A stretch of 63,888 nt of DNA, the filler included, from Sluysia triapertura (lineage: Eukaryota): the NCBI GenBank assembly GCA_046118255.1. It is 5 parts of 5 records of this genome, joined end to end, with 100 filler letters (N's around TTAATTAATTAA, not from the genome) between each part and the next. Parts side by side here need not be neighbours in the genome. Positions count along the whole stretch, not along the records: positions 34,379 to 52,541 come from JBJNIA010171923.1; 4 more parts are not named here. One strand, given 5' to 3'. Numbering within the stretch: the stretch's first letter is position 1; each line of letters begins with the position of its first letter. Positions 38,211 to 52,454 of this stretch are shown here, piece after piece. The notes beneath the pieces are model-generated. The model did not search any database. It saw only the letters and a program-made list of their open reading frames with translations, and was not told the DNA's origin. The translations under genes were made by a program, and so were the position numbers.

Positions 38211-39180
38211 TGTGTCTATTTAAATTTTACGTGAATCCCTTACGATATTAGGCTTACTCACTTAAGGACTAATACTTAAGTGGCGTCTAAAATAGCTATT
38301 TGGAGGTTAAATCAAAGAACGTTGCTAACCTAGCTTAAACAGCTAATGCAGTAGTATCAAGATTTAGTTCCTGTCTTCTTGCAATAACAGATTAAAACTA
38401 TATAGCTACATAACTTTTTTAAACTTCAAAAACCAGTGAACGAAAATAATTCGTATGAGTTAATAAATATATTATGACAAAAACTAAGTAACAACAAGAT
38501 TATAAAAAGTAATAATAATGATATAGAATTTGCATTTTATTCGCATTTTAAAATATATATATATTACTTCAACTTTTTAAACGGTTGAAGAAAAACAAAT
38601 AAAGATTTTAAGTCGATTTTACATACTACTAAATTTTAAATTTTAACTTATAACAAAATTAACTAATCGTTAAATGTTGTTTTTGCCAAATAATAAAATT
38701 TCTATTGATTTGAAGAGTCTCGAAGTCTTGTAAAAGAGATTTAAAAATAATCGTGTCAGAATAATCAGAATATTTAAAATTAATGAGTTAAAACAATCGT
38801 GTCGCACTATTTATGTTGTTTTTTCGACGTATGGTGATTGACACAAAGATAAAATATTTGTAAATTTAAAAATAAAATTATTATAATATTATGTTAATCA
38901 ATTTTTTTAAAATTTATCAGAAAATTATTAAAAATTATTATATAAAATTATTAGAATAAAATAAAATTACACTTACAAATACGTTAAAATGTTAAAATAT
39001 TCCAAAAATTATAATTATTGATTAAATTAATCTATGCACACAAACAGTTTTTTAAAATTAATTTATAAATATTATACAAGAATGTGTGTGTAATTTGACA
39101 TGTACATGAAATCTTTTCACTGAGATTATTAGTCTTGATGTTTGATTAATTATTGATTTTTTATTGATTAATTATTGATA
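38211..39180 (-). mobile_element. Family C solo-LTR-like repeat (subfamily 1)
   Basis: Colinear with 49763-50876. Conserved cttaaGTGAGT..cctaatatcgtaagggATTCAC near the end. Confidence 0.65.
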
Positions 39181-40143
39181 CTTTTTATTCCATTCCAATT
39201 TAAATTCATTTTAGATTTTAGTATTAAAAAATAAAACTTCAATTGGAACTCGATGTTCTACATGACGTTACCTTTTTTGGTAATTAATTAATAATAATGA
39301 ATAACAATACGAATAATATTGAATTATTCTTATTTTACAATTATCTCCTTTCTTTATTTAACTTTTTTGAATTTCAGTCATATTTTTAATATTTTCATAA
39401 ATTTTTTTATTTTTTATTAATATTTTTATTAATTGAAAAACAAGAATGAAATAAGTCTAATTCTTATGTCGATATCAGATCGAGTTTTCAATAATTACAC
39501 CAAGCAATGTTTACTGAAAATTATATCTCTAATTATCTAAATAAAGTACTTTTGTTATTTGCACATGACAACAACTTAATCCTCATCTAAATAAAAATAA
39601 TATTTTAATTTTTCATTGGTTACCTTATTAAATTTTGTAAATTTTACAGTTTTTATAATTATAAGTTATTCTTATTTTTATTTGTTTTATTACCTTTTTT
39701 TGTTTTTACAAAATATATAAAGCAAAATAATTATGATATAAGTAAAAAAAATTGTACCTAATCTAATTTTATAATTTTAAATTTGTTTTCCATTTTATTG
39801 TTATTAAAAAGTGCCTACGGATTTGTTTTTTATTTAAATTGATAAAATCACTTAAATTTCTTAGAAGTATTTATAATCTATATGACATTTTAAATGTATT
39901 TTTAATTAAGCTAAATATTATATGAAATTTTTAGCAATATACACGCGAATACCATTATCTGTTAACATGTGTCCTACAAAAAAACACAAAAATTAAAAAA
40001 TTAGATAAATTAGCTTTAACAAAACCTAACAAAAGCAAATATTTCACTTACTGATTTTCATTAGATGAAATATCAAGCTTAATTGTATTTCACCTTTCTT
40101 ACGAAGTAGCCATTGTGTGTATTATGAATTCATTGCACAATTA

Positions 40144-40295
40144 GTTTTATAAACGCGAATCCATATGGTAAGAAAGGTTCGAAAAGTTATTAAAAAGAGA
40201 TTTATGATGAGATTATTTCAGTGTTTACGAAAAAAAGGTCAAAGAATTAACGAAATATCGTCATCTCTTCAAATTATTAAACAAAGTGAAGCTGA
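40144..40295 (+). mobile_element. Possible Tc1-like transposase N-terminal HTH remnant
   Basis: MVRKVRKVIKKEIYDEIISV..KGQRINEISSSLQIIKQS after frameshift correction. Weak. Confidence 0.3.
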
Positions 40296-41829
40296 TGACG
40301 TTTCAAGAACGAAGTACTATGGAGAAAATTAATGTGTCAATTTATGTGTTAATGTAGGACTGAACAACTGTAATTATTTGAATGTTAATTCTAATATCTT
40401 TCGGAATTATTTCTCCAATTATCAGAATAGTTTTCTTTTCTTTAATTTTTAATGTATTCTTTTATTTTCATTATTTGGTCAGCTAAATAATTGCTTTTGT
40501 ATCATTATAGAAATGAAAAACAGATTTCTCAATATATTTAAACATAATTTTTGAGAGACATCAAACATAAGTATTAAATATTATCCAAAAAGATGATTTA
40601 AATTCGATTTAATTAGCATGGTTTTTCATCTATTATTATATAGTGATTTTATATTCTTAGGGTATATTCTTATGAACGACACAGAAAAGATAAAGTTTGT
40701 CACTCCAGTTACATTAAAAATAATGAAATTTAATACTTATGTTTTACTTATTCTTACGAATTAAATTCAACTTGTTTATTTTTGATACATACTTAATCAG
40801 ACTGATATGAAGGAATCTCAGCTATTTTAAAATATTGGGCATTAATTTCTTAAGAATAAAATAAGGTTTAAATCAAACGTCATTATTCATTATCAATATG
40901 GAATGTAGGGAATATCAAGCTCTGTCACTTAGACTAATTTTGATTTAATAGTTTCGCTGAGCCTATTGTAATAACAGGATAATAATAGAAAAATACCAGA
41001 AAAATTAAAACATAAAATTTAATTTTATTTCACTTTAATTTCATAAATTTTTTATCAACATTCTTGTACCAAAACTAACATCATTTTCTAAATTATAACA
41101 TCATCCATGCGATTTAATAAAATGAGTTAACAATGAGTTGAATATAATATAAATTATATTTATATTTAATTACAATTAACTAAGAAATTACAATCATAAA
41201 TTGATGTACAATGAAATGTTTTAATTAGTTTATTTCCACATATATAAATTATGACAATTAAAAGTTTGTGTATTACTTTGCTAGTAATGGTTTATAAAAT
41301 AATATGATTTTTCATGTTTAGTATGTAATCGTCTTTACTTGCTAATTAAATATGGTGAGTTCTACTTCATGAATGTTACATTCAATTTTTGATATTCGTT
41401 TCTTAATTTCTTTGTAAGGTACTAATATAATTTCATTTCAATTTTGTAATTAATTAAGTTTTACAAAATTTAAATAAATGAAATAAAGATTAATAAAATT
41501 GAAATTGAAATAAATTTAAAACTTAAATTTAAATTTTGTAAAACTTCGTTATTCTTTTTCCATTGAAAAAGACAAAATTGAAATAAGGGTGAAAAACCTG
41601 TAAATAATTTTATTACATCAGATAAACATTTTTCGTAATAATATTTTATTAAAACTACGTCATACACTCAACAAATATGATAAGAATAGTCCAAACATAA
41701 TGAAATTACTTTACAATATAATAAAACTAGAGATACATATTTTTTATTTCATTTTGTTTAAATAAAGTGAAACATTTTTATAATTTCAATACGATCAGTA
41801 AAATGTTGAAGTTTATTGAGGGTTTCTGC

Positions 41830-43870
41830 ATAGATTATTATTATGTCTCAGTGAAATATTCATCTTGGTTTCCAATTTTTGTATTATTTCTAAAAGATAT
41901 TCAGGACTTCCGTAATGTAAGCATTTGTAATTTATTGTCATGATTTTGAATTCTACTGTTGTTTTTATTGGTAACCAATGCAATTCTTTAAGATCTTCTT
42001 ACTTGGAAAATTAATCTTACTGATTGATTTATTATTAATTGTTAAAACCTATGTTATTAGTTATCAATGAATGAACAATTGATTGGTGTAGCTAATACTT
42101 TATTATTAAATTTTCGAATAATTGATATTTACACTTTTTAACAATAGAATTAATACTTTCTTCCTTGTTCATTTTTGAATACATACGAATCCTTTATTTT
42201 GTACTTTTAGTTTCAATTTCAGCTTATTACCACCTACAATTAACTTTGTTTCATTTATTTTGGTATTGTCGCTATTGTTATTACTGAAGATTATAAATTC
42301 TGACCTTTCTTCACTGATTTTCAAGTATTTATTTCCAAACTATTTTATCAGTTCAGATACTAGTTCTTCTATTCTTTGAATGGTATTTTCTACATTATTC
42401 ATCTCATATTCAGTACGTATTTCTACATATATACTTTATGCTTTATATATACCTTATTTGCTTTCACATTATTCAATAAAATGTATTGCCTTCTTCCTTT
42501 GAAGTACAAAGGAATTCAAACAAAGTATAACATTAAAACAATTTTATTGCACTAAACGAGAAACACATTCTTTGGAGATTACTGCAGTGGCTCAACTTAT
42601 AGCGTTCAAATTATTACTCAAAAAATTACATAAACATAAATATCTAAATAGAAATTCTATATGTAAAAAAGTAATATTGATTCATTGATTTATTCATATT
42701 GATTTAAGTAATACTGACTTATTCATATCAGTAATGTTTAATCCTTAATGTTCAAATGATTGATATTTAATTGAAACAATATCAACTAAATTAGCATATA
42801 TTCTCGATATTTATGAAAAAATAAATATCCATTTAGAAGAAATAATGAATTAAATATTTTATCATTTTTGATTCAAGTTTCTATTAAACAAATGTAAGCG
42901 CTATTTTCATACATAATCTCAATAATTTCCTTAATTTTATATTGAACAATCTTAACATTTTGATTACCAAATTTAATGTAATCATTTTTTAGAATTTTTT
43001 CAGAACTTTCAGATTTAGAGCCACTATTTTTTGTTATATTATGAACTTGTGGCACAATATACACTTGTAGATCCGTTTATTTTGTTTATTTTGGCAAGTT
43101 TTAAAACAGTGTAAACAGATTGCATCATTTAATTTATTTCTGCAATTATGAGCGTGTCACCAAAGGATTTACATCTTTGAAAACCTTACCAATCATATCA
43201 AAATAGTTTTTGATTTTGTATCACGCCTTTTTAAAAAAGCCACTTCAAGTTTAGAAAACATGAAGTTAGAACTTTTCAATTTAAATATATTTTTAAATAT
43301 ATCTTTCAATTTCTATATTTTTATTAGTTATATCAGTGATTATATCACTATCACTGATAACATAACTTATATCTTTAATTACAAGTTCGGCAGAACCGCA
43401 TTTGGATTTTCAAACTTGTAATTAAGATGAGCTTGGTTAATAACCATTTAAGCTTATTTAATACTTTCTTTATCAGCAAAGTCAATTAATAAGTTGCCAT
43501 TTTAAGTTATTTTATAATTACTTATTAAAATCTAGAACACTTTCAATAGTTTAATCTTCATTCGTTTTTTTTTGATTAAATTTAATTTTTTAAGTTTTGA
43601 TTTGAAATTTTGATTTTTTTTCATACTTTCCATAAAACTCTCTAATTGAATTACGTGTCGGTCTATATAAAACTAGAATTCGTATCCAAACGTTCAAATG
43701 AATGATATTTAACTGGAACAATTTGTGATACCGACCATCATTATATCCTCCTGGACAATATCCATTTAGCAAGAAATAATATTTGCTGCTAAGCAAAAAA
43801 TATCAATTGTATATTCGTACATAATTTCAATAATTTCCATAATTTTATTTTGGATACCAAGTCTAATGTA
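41830..43870 (-). mobile_element. Fragmented L2-clade LINE (APE endonuclease start at 42870-42990 and 43790-43870; RT C-terminal part 41830-42430)
   Basis: GNQNVKIVQYKIKEIIEIMYENSAYICLIET resembles the APE N..S..K...D..ET motif. 42000-42420 is a paralog of 34380-34830. LHWLP at about 41980. Confidence 0.72.
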
Positions 43871-43999
43871 ATAATTTTTCATAGTTTTTTCATACTTTTA
43901 ATTTTTTTGATTCAGTCACATTTTCTCTTTGCAAAACGTTCATTTGTGAATCATTGACTTTAGAACTTTGACTTATAGAACTTTTCATTTTTTTGTGTT

Positions 44000-44095
44000 G
44001 CAGAACCCTTAATCTACGGCAAAATAAGTTTTATCAGAGTCCTGCTGAAGTAAACGACTTATAACACGAAGTGAGCTTATTCTGTAACTAAAATT
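44000..44095. repeat. Dispersed repeat shared with 63795-63888
   Basis: aacycttaayctacggcaaaataa...gtcc..tga..aacg.cttat...tgtaactaa occurs in both. Confidence 0.65.
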
Positions 44096-45170
44096 ACAAT
44101 ATTCAATGCAAAAATTTCTCTTAATTCTTAAAGCTTCTGTGTCTTATTCCGACACTTAATTATTTGTATAAAGGATCCTATTATAAACTTTATTTATAGA
44201 AATTAATTAAATAACTTTTTATTATTATAATTTCATCTCATTTTAATACTAATCCTCAACAAGTAATCAATAAAAGAAAACTTATTATGAAATATAAAAA
44301 ATTAATACATACAAGTAAGAATTACTAGACAAATATAAGAAAGAATAAAAATTATAAATTTAAAATTGAGCCTTTGATTTTTTCAACTTTAATGAATTTA
44401 AAAATATATTTTGCCCCTCGTTAAATCGGAGTTTAAAAAGAATTTGATCTTGGTAGATTGGATCTCTAATTTTAATAGAAAATCAAAATTATTAATTTAT
44501 ATTGTAACTCAAAACTAAGAATTTTTCGAAAATTATAACCAATTTGTTGTGAATAATAATGACGCGTTTCTAACTTGGTGTTATTAAATTGAGAATTGAT
44601 TGAATTGTTGTTAGTATTGTATACCAGTCAGCAACCAATCAGAAAACATTCTAGAATTTTCGATTTCTTTTTTAATAAATGTTATTAAGAAAACTTATTT
44701 TCTTTTTTGGAAAATTAATTCTGTTTTTGTGTTTTCTAAGATTTTAAAGGGTTGTAATATTGGGATTGCCCAACTGTGGTACAAGAAATAAGTAAGAGAC
44801 CAATAGAATTACGAAGTATATGGATTAATACAAAGTAATGGATAGAACATTATAAACATTGTTGGAGTAAGAATGATTAATAACTGAATAATACCTCGGA
44901 ATCCCAAAGATCTATATAAGGTGTTAAGACCTTTCGGAAGCTTGAGATGGCTTTGGAAAACCCTTAGAAGCTGTGGTGTTTTAGTCTTACACTAGTGATA
45001 ATATAATTCCACCAACATTACTTAAGTTTGAACACACATATCAAAACATATTTCACACGTACCATTATTTTACACCACACAAATTCATACATATTCATTA
45101 CTAAATCCTCTTTTAAATTAATAAATCTATAAAGTTTTTAAATAATTTCAAACTATTGCTTTCGTTTAAT

Positions 45171-45342
45171 AATGCTATTAGACTTTAACTTCACAATGCC
45201 ATTGCCATCATACTGTTGTTATCGTCTTTTCTGTTATCTTTATATTTTATTTTTATTATCCTGTCTATATTAACGGGCTATAACAACAATATGGTGACAA
45301 TGGTATTGTGAAGTTTTATAAAAGTTAAAACCTAATAGCATT
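45171..45342. repeat. Long imperfect inverted repeat (34-bp inner arms, outer 11-bp arms)
   Basis: 45189-45222 versus 45280-45313 match at 30/34. AATGCTATTAG / CTAATAGCATT outside. Confidence 0.85.
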
Positions 45343-46580
45343 GTTAGGTTGTCATCACAATTTACTAAAATCGTTTAAAATACCATCACATCTATAAAAC
45401 CATTTAGAAATCTTATTTTCTAAAAATAAAATTGAGTTTCTAAAATTGAGTCATCTATAAATTGATGACCAGTGTATAAACAGCATCAGTTCAATAATAG
45501 CAACCATTTTTACATTCGCCATTTAGCTATTATTTTGTCAAACTTTTGCTATTTTTTAACATTATCATTTGACAGTTATTTCGACAGTCTTTTGATTTTG
45601 GTGACTTACAATCTAGCAAGTTCAATTCAATTATCGTCCAATATTCTTGGTATTATTGTTAAAGTTTAACATCATAAAATACACTTAAAATACACTTAAG
45701 TACCTATTTAATTTCCAGACATGCTGAGGGTTAAAATCGACGTAAATTTATATTTATTAGATAAAATAATTACAGATCTAATTAATTATAAATTTCCATT
45801 ATTATCACTTCATCTGTTTTCTGTCTTTAGTGTTATAATTGATGTAATAGAATATTTTGTAAAAGTATTAAATGCTACTTTATGTAATTGACTAAAACAC
45901 AATTGTTGATTATGACTATAAACACTAAATTTAATGAACATTGAACATTAATTATTAATTCATTGATTATTTTGTAGTATTGATTTTATTTTATAAATTT
46001 TAAAAACAATTTATTTTAAACGATTTTATATTTTGACAAAGGAATTAATTAAAGAAAGTAAGAATTTAGATTATTTTCAATAAAATTATGTTGAATTAAA
46101 AAAATTAATTTGAATTTTAAATTTGTTTTAATAAAATATATTTGTTTTGTTTTAGTCTGACCGAGGACAGACACAACAAAAAACAACGACAACAGCAACA
46201 ATAATTAGTAATCTTGACGTTCAAAATTTGAAGATTAATATCCAGAATTGAAGAAATTTAACTTTTCTTATTACATTACTTGCGTTAGTTTATTTTTATA
46301 AGGTATTGATATCGTTAAGATATCTCGTAAAATCTTAAATTTTATTTGTAATTATTTTGGATCTTATAATAGATCCGTCGAAAAATCATCTTTAAAATTA
46401 TTTTGAAAGTGAAGAATTGATTAATTCTGTCGTAACACTGTATATTTTGTTATCATATAATTTTATTTTTATATACATACAATTTTTTTGTAAATAATAA
46501 ACCTTTATATCATATTCATTGTTTTTCGATTTATAATAACTTTTATAGTTTCAACTATAAAATCACCACATAAATAGATT

Positions 46581-47473
46581 TGTTAGAGTATAATTCTAAC
46601 GGCGTAAACTAAGTGTTCCCGTTCCTGTTTCAAAGGATCCTCGAAAAATCATATTTAAACTATTGAGTAAATTTTATAGACAGATACAAATACTTTTAAA
46701 TATTTGACATAACCTTAAGATTTTCTGAATTTTGTTAACCTCCGATACTTTCACTCCACAAACCCAACGGCTGGCCCTAGTTGGTAAGTCCAGTACGTTG
46801 GTGAACTCACAGTTTTAATTCAACTTTTATTCTGCTTTTTCTCACAAATTGATAATCTAAAAATAAAATAATAATAATAATATTAAGAAATAATAATAAA
46901 TTGAACTAACCTCAGATAACCATATCTAAATGAAAATAAATAATGATTAATGTTGCTAAAAATAGTAAATAAATAACCTCATTTCAACTGACTTGATTAG
47001 GAATCACCTAAAATAAATAATTATTTCTAAAAATAAGTACTTATTATAAAATAAAGTCTCTTTGAAATTTTATTGGCAATTAAAATACTAGACGATTGAA
47101 ATTTACAAGGAATTAAAAGGTTTTTTGGTACTTAATCAATTTCTTTCATTTAGAAATCAAGATAATTAAAATCAAGTTATTTAGTAATCATTCGATCGCT
47201 TTTGTTGGTTAAACGATCTATCATTTGGAAATCAAGTTATTTGGTAATTATTGGACCACTTTTGTTGTTAATTTGTAATTAATCGATTGTTTGTGGTGCG
47301 ATCAACGATTTTTGGTGTTCATTCCAGCTGATATTCGTTGATTTGGTGCCGGTGATATTTGATCGAGTTCATTTTTTATTTGTGCCTAATTTTAAAATTT
47401 ATCAATAAGTTTTTCTTGATAAGTTCTATCTCCTTTAGGAGATACATAATATTGCGTAAAATTTTGAATTACA
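46581..47473 (-). mobile_element. Family B copy 2 (893 bp), TG...CA with near-TSD AGATT/AGTTT
   Basis: Contains the AATAAA-GTGAGT-hairpin module on the minus strand. Ends read TGTAATTC...CTCTAACA on minus. Confidence 0.6.
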
Positions 47474-48116
47474 AGTTTAATTTAGGCTAAACATAAAATC
47501 TTCAAAGATATTAGAAATATTTCTAGTAATAATAATAAACTATTTTTATCATCGTGGATAATTTGTTATTTATTTTAAACCATTTTTATATTTGTTTTTT
47601 GGTAATACATCTTCGAATCTCAATGTTAATCTATCATTGATTTTTAATAATCAAAATCTTTAGAATATTTTGCTTTAGTAATTATAAAAATTAAAGAAGT
47701 AGCTTATGTAACTTAAAGAATTAGTCGTAGAATTAAACTATAGAAGAAAACTAAAGTTCAAACAGAATATCTTAATTATAATTTCGAAATTATTAAGATT
47801 TAAGGAAAAATTATTAAGGTAGTAATTTAAATAATATTTCCGAGTAGAATATAAGTAGAATATAAATAAATTGACATTTAATTAATTCTTGAAACAAATT
47901 AAGTTTTATAATCTGTTGAAAAAATGTTAGGTAAAGTTTTATTAGTTGGGATTAATTAAGTTACATAAAACTAAAGGTCAAATTATTGAAGAGAAAAGTG
48001 TAATACATCAAGAAATAATGTAGAATTATAATAGTTTACTCATTGTTTGAAAAGAATGAGTAAATAATTAAAGTTTACAAAAAGTAAGAGTATTTAAGAA
48101 ATAATATATATATATA

Positions 48117-48522
48117 TAAGGTGACCAGACGTCCCGATTTTTCACAATTTGTCCCGTGTCTCGCTACGTTTTTCAAAAGTCCAGATTTTTAGAATTAAGT
48201 TAAATTTTACATTTATGAAAATCATAGTTTTGCGTTCTATTTCATCATTTGGAAACAAACTTTGTTCCATACAATAATGTATTAAAAATTGTGGAATGTG
48301 AAGTATCTTTATCTCGAAGTAACGCTGCGACTGAACGCGTTTTTTGGATAGTAAATCAAATGTGGACATAAGAAAAATCAAAATTAAGTGTTGAAACTTT
48401 GAAAGCCATTTTATGTGTCAAATATAATTTGAAAAATTCTTGTGAAGATTTTTACAATATTTTAAAAAATAACAACAATCTACTGAAACAAATTCACTCA
48501 AATAAAAAATGTCAAGGAATAA
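48117..48522 (+). mobile_element. Internally deleted hAT (Blackjack-like) element: left TIR plus C-terminal dimerisation domain remnant
   Basis: TIR TAAGGTGACCAGACGTCCCG. Peptide SNAATERVFWIVNQMWT*EKSKLSVETLKAILCVKYNLKNSCEDFY...LLKQIHSNKK. Confidence 0.88.
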
Positions 48523-48589
48523 AATATTGTACATTTTTTTATATTTATAAATTGTACTTATGTTAAAAATAAAAAATATTACTATATTA

Positions 48590-49657
48590 TTGTGAAAAGT
48601 AAAAGTGATAGAATAAAAGCTTATCTTAAGGTGAGTTCACCAACGTACTGGACTTACCAGTTAGGGCCAGCCATTGGATTTTTTATGGATTTAATATTTG
48701 AAATAAATGGAGGTTATTGCTTAGCCTTGATTGTCTGTAAACTCCTAATAATAAATTTATCACTTACACAAAAATAATTAATTCAATATATTTTAATAAG
48801 GTTCTAAAATTGAACCTTTGAAATGATTTTAATAAGGTTCCTAAATTGAACCTTTAAGAAATAATCCAAGATTTTAATGAATGATTTTAATAAGGTTCGA
48901 AATAGAACATATGACGTTATTTATAATAATAAAAGAGGTCAAATTTAAAATATCTTTATTACAAATAAAAACTTTATATAAAATCGAATAAATAGGATAC
49001 ATATTATTGAAATAATAATGATAATACAAAAAATGATTACAAAGATAATCCACTTACCCAAATTTTAAGTAACTGATTTTAATAAGCTACTCTGAAATGG
49101 TAGCGCAAGTAGGAATTGATTTTAAGTGTCAAATTAAATATGCAATCTTATAGTGTCTGTGCAAATCGTAGATGAATCCTGATTTTAAAGTATGGTTTCC
49201 TCGGAGCTTATTAACGATCTCAGAGTAGTCGCGAATTTATTAGTGTCAATTTGAGAGCAAAAAATCGTGTGAAAATGTTCAAATTTAATACTTATATACT
49301 TTAAAAGGGTGACCTTGAGGTCACTGTATTTTAAAACTAAAGGTTTTTTTAATAATTTTGATAATAATAAATAAAAATAATAAATATTATATTCCCTTTA
49401 AAAAAATTATTAAAAAGTACTATTAAATTAAAAAATAATTAAATCTATTTAAAATATTCAAAAATACTCAAGTTTTGTTAAAAATTTCCAAAAATTAATT
49501 AAATGAAATATTTATTAGACATATATTTAGAATTAACACAAATTGATTTAAAATTAATATAAATAGATTTAATTTACGATAAATAAATTAATTTAACCAA
49601 CTTGAACTTATATTTAATTTAAGTAAATTGAACTTTAATTTAACCTTTAGCCTAACA
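48590..49657 (+). mobile_element. Family B copy 3 (5'-truncated)
   Basis: Similar to 3050-4458. Ends ...CCTAACA. Confidence 0.6.
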
Positions 49658-49762
49658 TTATTTTTATTCTGTATGAAAATTTTTGTTGATGCTTCAGAGT
49701 TGTCCCGCTTGGCCCATCTAAAAATCTAGTCATCTTGTATATATGCAAATAATTAATACAAT

Positions 49763-50872
49763 TGTTTTATTTAGATTTTGCGTGAATCCCTTACGATATT
49801 AGGTTTACTCACTTAAGGGCTAATACGTATGTGACGTATAAGATTTTTTGGAGGTTTATATGAAAGAATCTAGCTAAAAGACCTAATGCGATGATGTCAC
49901 GATTTACTTTTGTCTTCTTGCAGTGATAATTTATAACTATATAATTTACATCAGATATCCGAAGGGTAATCTGTAAAACTTTGATTTTCTTATTAAAATA
50001 TATTTTACGACCATGTAATTTTATAACTGTCGTGTAAGATATGAGGAACAATTTATATGAATTTAAGAAATTTATATTAACAAAAATTTTAAATACCGAA
50101 TCAACGAATACGATGTGATAAAAATTATACAATTTACAAAAAAATTATACTAAAAGTAATAATTTTTCTTAATTTATTTTAGATATTATTTTTCAACATT
50201 TTAATCGGTTGAAGTGAAAAATTAAAATGAATAGTTTACGAGGATTTTGCAACTAATAAATTTAGTTATCTTAATAGGAAATTGACTAATGTAAATTTCA
50301 AATATATAGACAAATTTGTAGAAGTTTGTGTCCGAGATTTGACCAAGAAGTGGAAATTCGTGTCGGGAACCTTGTCCAAATAAATGTAAACGTATATGTA
50401 TAAAAATTGAATGTTTCTGTTGTGTTATTTTGAGAAATTCTACGTTCTTTTATATTTTTGACCTTTATTCATTAAAACAAACAAATTTTAATTTTTTAAT
50501 TTTTACAAAAAAATGTTAGTCAATTTTCTAATATTTTACTTAGTAAATAAAATTATAAAATTATTTTTTGAAAAAATAAAAATATTAAAATAAAAATAAA
50601 ATTACTTATATTAACACATTATGAGCGGGTATTCTTAAGTGACAGTACATAAAACGGGTAATAATACCCGCCCCGCTCATAATGTGTTAAACATAAATAT
50701 TATCCAAATTATTTATAATTATTGATAATAATTAAATATATAATCACAAATGAAACTGCTATTGACTTATAGAAAATAGCATGAATTAAATTAATGTGCA
50801 TCAATAAACCAATGTGTGTATAAAATTGACATAAACTTATTGATTTATAGAAAATATATGTACAAAATTATT

Positions 50873-50876
<4 letters not shown>
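49763..50876 (-). mobile_element. Family C solo-LTR-like repeat (subfamily 1) with nested piggyBac MITE
   Basis: Colinear with 38211-39180. TGT...TGACA ends. Confidence 0.65.
50615..50686. mobile_element. 72-bp piggyBac-type MITE
   Basis: TTAA TSD. 15-bp perfect TIR CACATTATGAGCGGG. Confidence 0.92.
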
Positions 50877-50907
<31 letters not shown>

Positions 50908-51005
50908 GTATAATAATTAGTGTAGTATTATTCCAAACGGTTTACATTATAAGGGTTTTTAGAGAATAGTTGCTCAAGCTGAACTTCTAACTTAAACGAA
51001 ATTAT

Positions 51006-51490
51006 TGTCACGAACATTTAAAAGGAATCAAATAAAGTAGTGTAAACGTTAATGACGTATATTATTTGTCATTATTATAATTAGGGCAGATAGAGGATAA
51101 ACCACCTTACGTTGACTGATTACATAGAAACCCTCAGAAATTTTAAAAGTTTAAATTAATACTAATCTGAAAAACCCTTGCTGTAAGGAGTAAATACGAG
51201 TAATATAACAAGAACATTTTCGGAGTTAATCTTTAGCTTATAACTGCAGTTACTTATAAATACGTCTTCTTAGGTTTAAACCGTATATCGTAGCGAACCC
51301 TTATTAATTATAAACAATTTGCACAAGTAAATAAGAAAAAAATGTAGCAATAGGAAAACAGTTTAACTCCGACAATGCTTTAAATCTGGCCTTCTAGCAA
51401 TTCATTGGCTCTTGTCCGTCATGGTTTTACACCACCTACTGCTTAAATGGCAAAAGCTAAGATGTCACAACTCTTGATGTTTCTATGACA
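51006..51490. mobile_element. Possible solo LTR (TGTCA...TGACA)
   Basis: Short inverted termini and a GC-richer interior. 51170-51240 resembles 26675-26750. TSD is not exact. Confidence 0.4.
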
Positions 51491-52382
51491 AATAATTCTT
51501 ATTTTTATATAAATTCTTATGTAGTGAAAGTGTAATAAATATAATAAATATGATTTGTTTTGTATTAATTGTATGAATTTGAATATTTTAATAGTTTTAT
51601 GAATATTTAGATAATTTTAATAAATACATTTGTAAAATAAATTGAGTTATAAAAATATCATAAATTTGTACTCACAACTGCAAAATTTTGAATTTAGTTT
51701 TTATGCGAGTTATTTTTAAAAGTTAAGATTAAAAATTATTTTTTTAATTAAAATTTAAAAATTAAAATACTTTAAAATATTTACAGAAATTAGTTATATC
51801 AAAGTATATATTATATTTTTACAAATATTTGTTATTTTAGAGCATCACAAGACATATTTTTACAATAAGAACGATTTAACAATTAATAGTGAACCAATAA
51901 GAATGATAGAATTTTTATGCTAAAATTAAACATTATAGAAATTTTATACTGAGGTTAAATTATATCACAAAAATCATCTAACTTGAAAAAGATTATATAA
52001 TAAATAAAATAATAAAACTTGAAATAAAATTATAATACAGAAATGTATATTAGAAATGTTTTGGGATTAAATACTATTAGGAACAGAAATAAATATAAAT
52101 GTCTCAACATTATCAATCAAACTCAGACAAAATATTATATCGAGTAATAATAAGTCATTTATCTATTGATCGAAGCACTTACGATATATGGATCTATTGT
52201 CATAACATATCGAATCTATATGAAAAATTTTTCAACCAAAGAAAATTAGTAATACACTTTTAATACAAATACCATAACAAACCAAACGTATTAAATTATA
52301 ATTATATTTTTTATCAAAGTGAGTTATTTAATTTCAGCATAAAGTGCATTTAAAATACATTGAGTGAATAAAAGTAGTTTAA

Positions 52383-52454
52383 CACATTATGAGCGGGGCG
52401 GGTATTATTACCAGTTTTATGTACTGTCACTTAAGAATACCCGCTCATAATGTG
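52383..52454. mobile_element. 72-bp piggyBac-type MITE, inverted twin of 50615-50686
   Basis: TTAA TSD. 71/72 identical to the reverse complement of the first copy. Confidence 0.92.

Noticed and set aside
40292-40320. Hammerhead-like CTGATGA-CGTT..AACG-AAG
   Set aside because: It lacks GAAA and no stems I/III with an NUH site could be formed.
44038-44075. Hammerhead-like core in the repeat shared with 63835-63865
   Set aside because: The cores read CTGCTGA and CCGATGA without a conserved GAAA or consistent stems.
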